Of a stretch of 16,900 nucleotides of DNA, positions 15,154-16,900 are shown in pieces. The translations under genes were made by a program, and so were the position numbers. The DNA lies in contig CAZEBC010000029.1 in NCBI GenBank assembly GCA_964510165.1, positions 1 to 16,900 of the forward strand, given 5' to 3'. Under the pieces are notes generated by a model. The model was not told the DNA's origin and searched no databases. It worked only from the letters and a program-made list of their open reading frames with translations. The first letter of the stretch is position 1. Each line of letters starts with the position of its first letter. This DNA comes from an uncultured bacterium (GTDB taxonomy: Bacteria; Abyssobacteria; SURF-5).

Positions 15154-16900
15154 TTATTGCAAGATGTATATTTCTTCGATATTGTGAAGCGCTCCTCCGA
15201 AAGCGGTCGGATACAGGTTCCCGAATCGGTTGCGAACGGCGAAGATGATCTCGGGAAGCACCGTATAGATGACCGGCACTTCCTGAGAGACGATCAGCTG
15301 CCATTCGTCGTACAGTTGCTTTCGCTTGTCGCGATCAAGGGTCTGAACGCCCTGCTCGAATATCTTGTCGATTCGGGCTTCCCATTGGGTGGCGGGCGAC
15401 CCTTGTCTGGGATACCATTCGTGAAGCTGGCCGGTCGAGTGCCAGACGTTCTTGGCGAAATGGGGTTCGGTTCCACCCGTCAACCCGAGCAGGATACATT
15501 CCCAATCGAATGTGGCCATCAACTTGTCGACGATGTTGTTGAACTCCAGCGAGGTGAAATTCACCTTCATCCCGATTTCTTCGAGGTCATCCTTGATGAT
15601 GCCTGCAATCTGGATCCTGACCGTGTTTTCAGCATTGGTGTAGAGGTTGAACTCAACAGTGTTCCCCTCCGGGTCCTCCAAGAAGCCGTCGCCGTTCTTG
15701 TCCTTGAAACCGGCCTCGGCGAGCAGTGCTTTTGCCTTCTGAGGGTCGTAAGGGTATTTCACGACATCCGGATTGTAGAAAAATCCTGCGCTGGGGGTCA
15801 AGGGAGAATATTGCGGATAGCCGAGCCCGTTCAGGACGGTATTCTTCATGCTTTCCCTGTCGAGCGCGTACGCGACGGCCTGGCGGAACTTCGCGTTCGT
15901 AAACCATTTGAGTTTTTTCGGATTCACGTAGGGCTTTCCGGTTTCCTGGCTTTTCTCGGGGTTCTGGTTGAACACGATGAAGTTTGTGCCGAAATCCGGG
16001 CCGGTGCGGTAGACTGTGAATCCCTTTTCCTTTTCGAGCGGCTTGAGCTTCGGATAATCTGTCCCGCGCAGTCCGTAAAGGTCCACTTCACCTTCCTGGA
16101 ATTTCAGGAGTGCGACGTCAAGGTCAGGCACGATGAGGATAATTATGCCGTCGAGGTAAGGGAGCCTGTTGCCCTTCGCATCGGTTCTCCAATAATGCGG
16201 ATTGCGCTTGAGCAGCACGCGCTGGCCCGGCTCATAGCGTTCGAGCATAAAGGCGCCGGTACCGACGATTTCTTCGGGCTTGGAATCAACACCCCACGTG
16301 GAGTTGAATGTGCCGTCAAGGACCGATTTTTCGAGTGCATGCTTAGGAAGTATCTCTTGCGCCAATCCGCGCAGGAACGGCGCAAAAATCATCGGAGTCT
16401 TGAAGGTGACGGTATGATTATCGATCTTGGTTACCTCGAATTCCTTGCCCTCTATCGTGAAAATGTCGCGGCTGCTTGAGGGGATATCCTTGTTGTACAC
16501 CAACTGCCGGTAGGTGAAGACCACGTCGTCGGCGGTAAAGGGAGCGCCGTCATTCCACTTGACGTCGTCGCGCAGGTGGATGGTCCACGTGAGTCCGTCC
16601 TCGGAAACTTCCCAACTCTTGGCCAAGGCCGGCTCCACCTCGTTCGTGATTCCGGAGACCCTGGTAAGTCCCTCAAAAATGTACTGCGTTATCGCGGTGG
16701 TTGAGGTTTCCTGGGCGATGACGGGGTTGAAGCCCTTGGGGTTGGCTATCTGGCTAAGAACGAGCCGCCCGCCATAGGTCCCGATTTTGGGATTATACTC
16801 TTCTGCAGAAATCGAAGTGGCCACGGGCGGAGGCGAAGGCTGTGGGGATGGGCTGGTATCGGACGGTTCCCTGCCGCAGGCGATAAGCAGATACATGAAT
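15154..16900 (-). CDS. oppA: Family-5 (OppA/DppA/NikA-like) solute-binding lipoprotein; N-terminus probably runs off the window
   Basis: EPALAKSWEVSEDGLTWTIHLR..VKWNDGAPFTADDVVFT, VGTGAF, KRNPHYW and FRQAVAYALDR. Lipobox-like LLIA-C near the edge with the frame still open at 16900, so the signal peptide is incomplete. Confidence 0.93.
   Translation of the reverse strand, partial: FMYLLIACGREPSDTSPSPQPSPPPVATSISAEEYNPKIGTYGGRLVLSQIANPKGFNPVIAQETSTTAITQYIFEGLTRVSGITNEVEPALAKSWEVSEDGLTWTIHLRDDVKWNDGAPFTADDVVFTYRQLVYNKDIPSSSRDIFTIEGKEFEVTKIDNHTVTFKTPMIFAPFLRGLAQEILPKHALEKSVLDGTFNSTWGVDSKPEEIVGTGAFMLERYEPGQRVLLKRNPHYWRTDAKGNRLPYLDGIIILIVPDLDVALLKFQEGEVDLYGLRGTDYPKLKPLEKEKGFTVYRTGPDFGTNFIVFNQNPEKSQETGKPYVNPKKLKWFTNAKFRQAVAYALDRESMKNTVLNGLGYPQYSPLTPSAGFFYNPDVVKYPYDPQKAKALLAEAGFKDKNGDGFLEDPEGNTVEFNLYTNAENTVRIQIAGIIKDDLEEIGMKVNFTSLEFNNIVDKLMATFDWECILLGLTGGTEPHFAKNVWHSTGQLHEWYPRQGSPATQWEARIDKIFEQGVQTLDRDKRKQLYDEWQLIVSQEVPVIYTVLPEIIFAVRNRFGNLYPTAFGGALHNIEEIYILQ

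Noticed and set aside
15157-16479. 440-aa plus-strand ORF
   Set aside because: Antisense shadow of oppA with no recognisable motifs. Long antisense ORFs are common in GC-rich coding DNA.

Overview
All credible genes in this GC-rich bacterial window lie on the minus strand, in three blocks. (1) An oligopeptide/nickel-family ABC transporter operon, oppA(partial)-B-C-D-F, whose OppF has an unusual ~156-aa N-terminal membrane extension. (2) A tightly packed 8-gene run behind a clear sigma70-type promoter: HddA-like GHMP kinase, hypothetical lipoprotein, MetV-like Cys-rich protein, degenerate MetF-like protein, iorA, iorB, sensor histidine kinase and NtrC-family sigma54 response regulator. (3) A short LpxD-like acyltransferase with its own near-consensus sigma54 (-24/-12) promoter and a terminator hairpin. 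The most striking feature is an intact OmpA-C-like peptidoglycan-binding domain inserted in the kinase's extracytoplasmic Cache-like region. This suggests a cell-wall-anchored two-component system driving a sigma54-dependent LpxD-like gene. All family assignments come from motif recognition by eye; no searches were run. Several start codons were moved from the ORF track using RBS and gene-overlap evidence.
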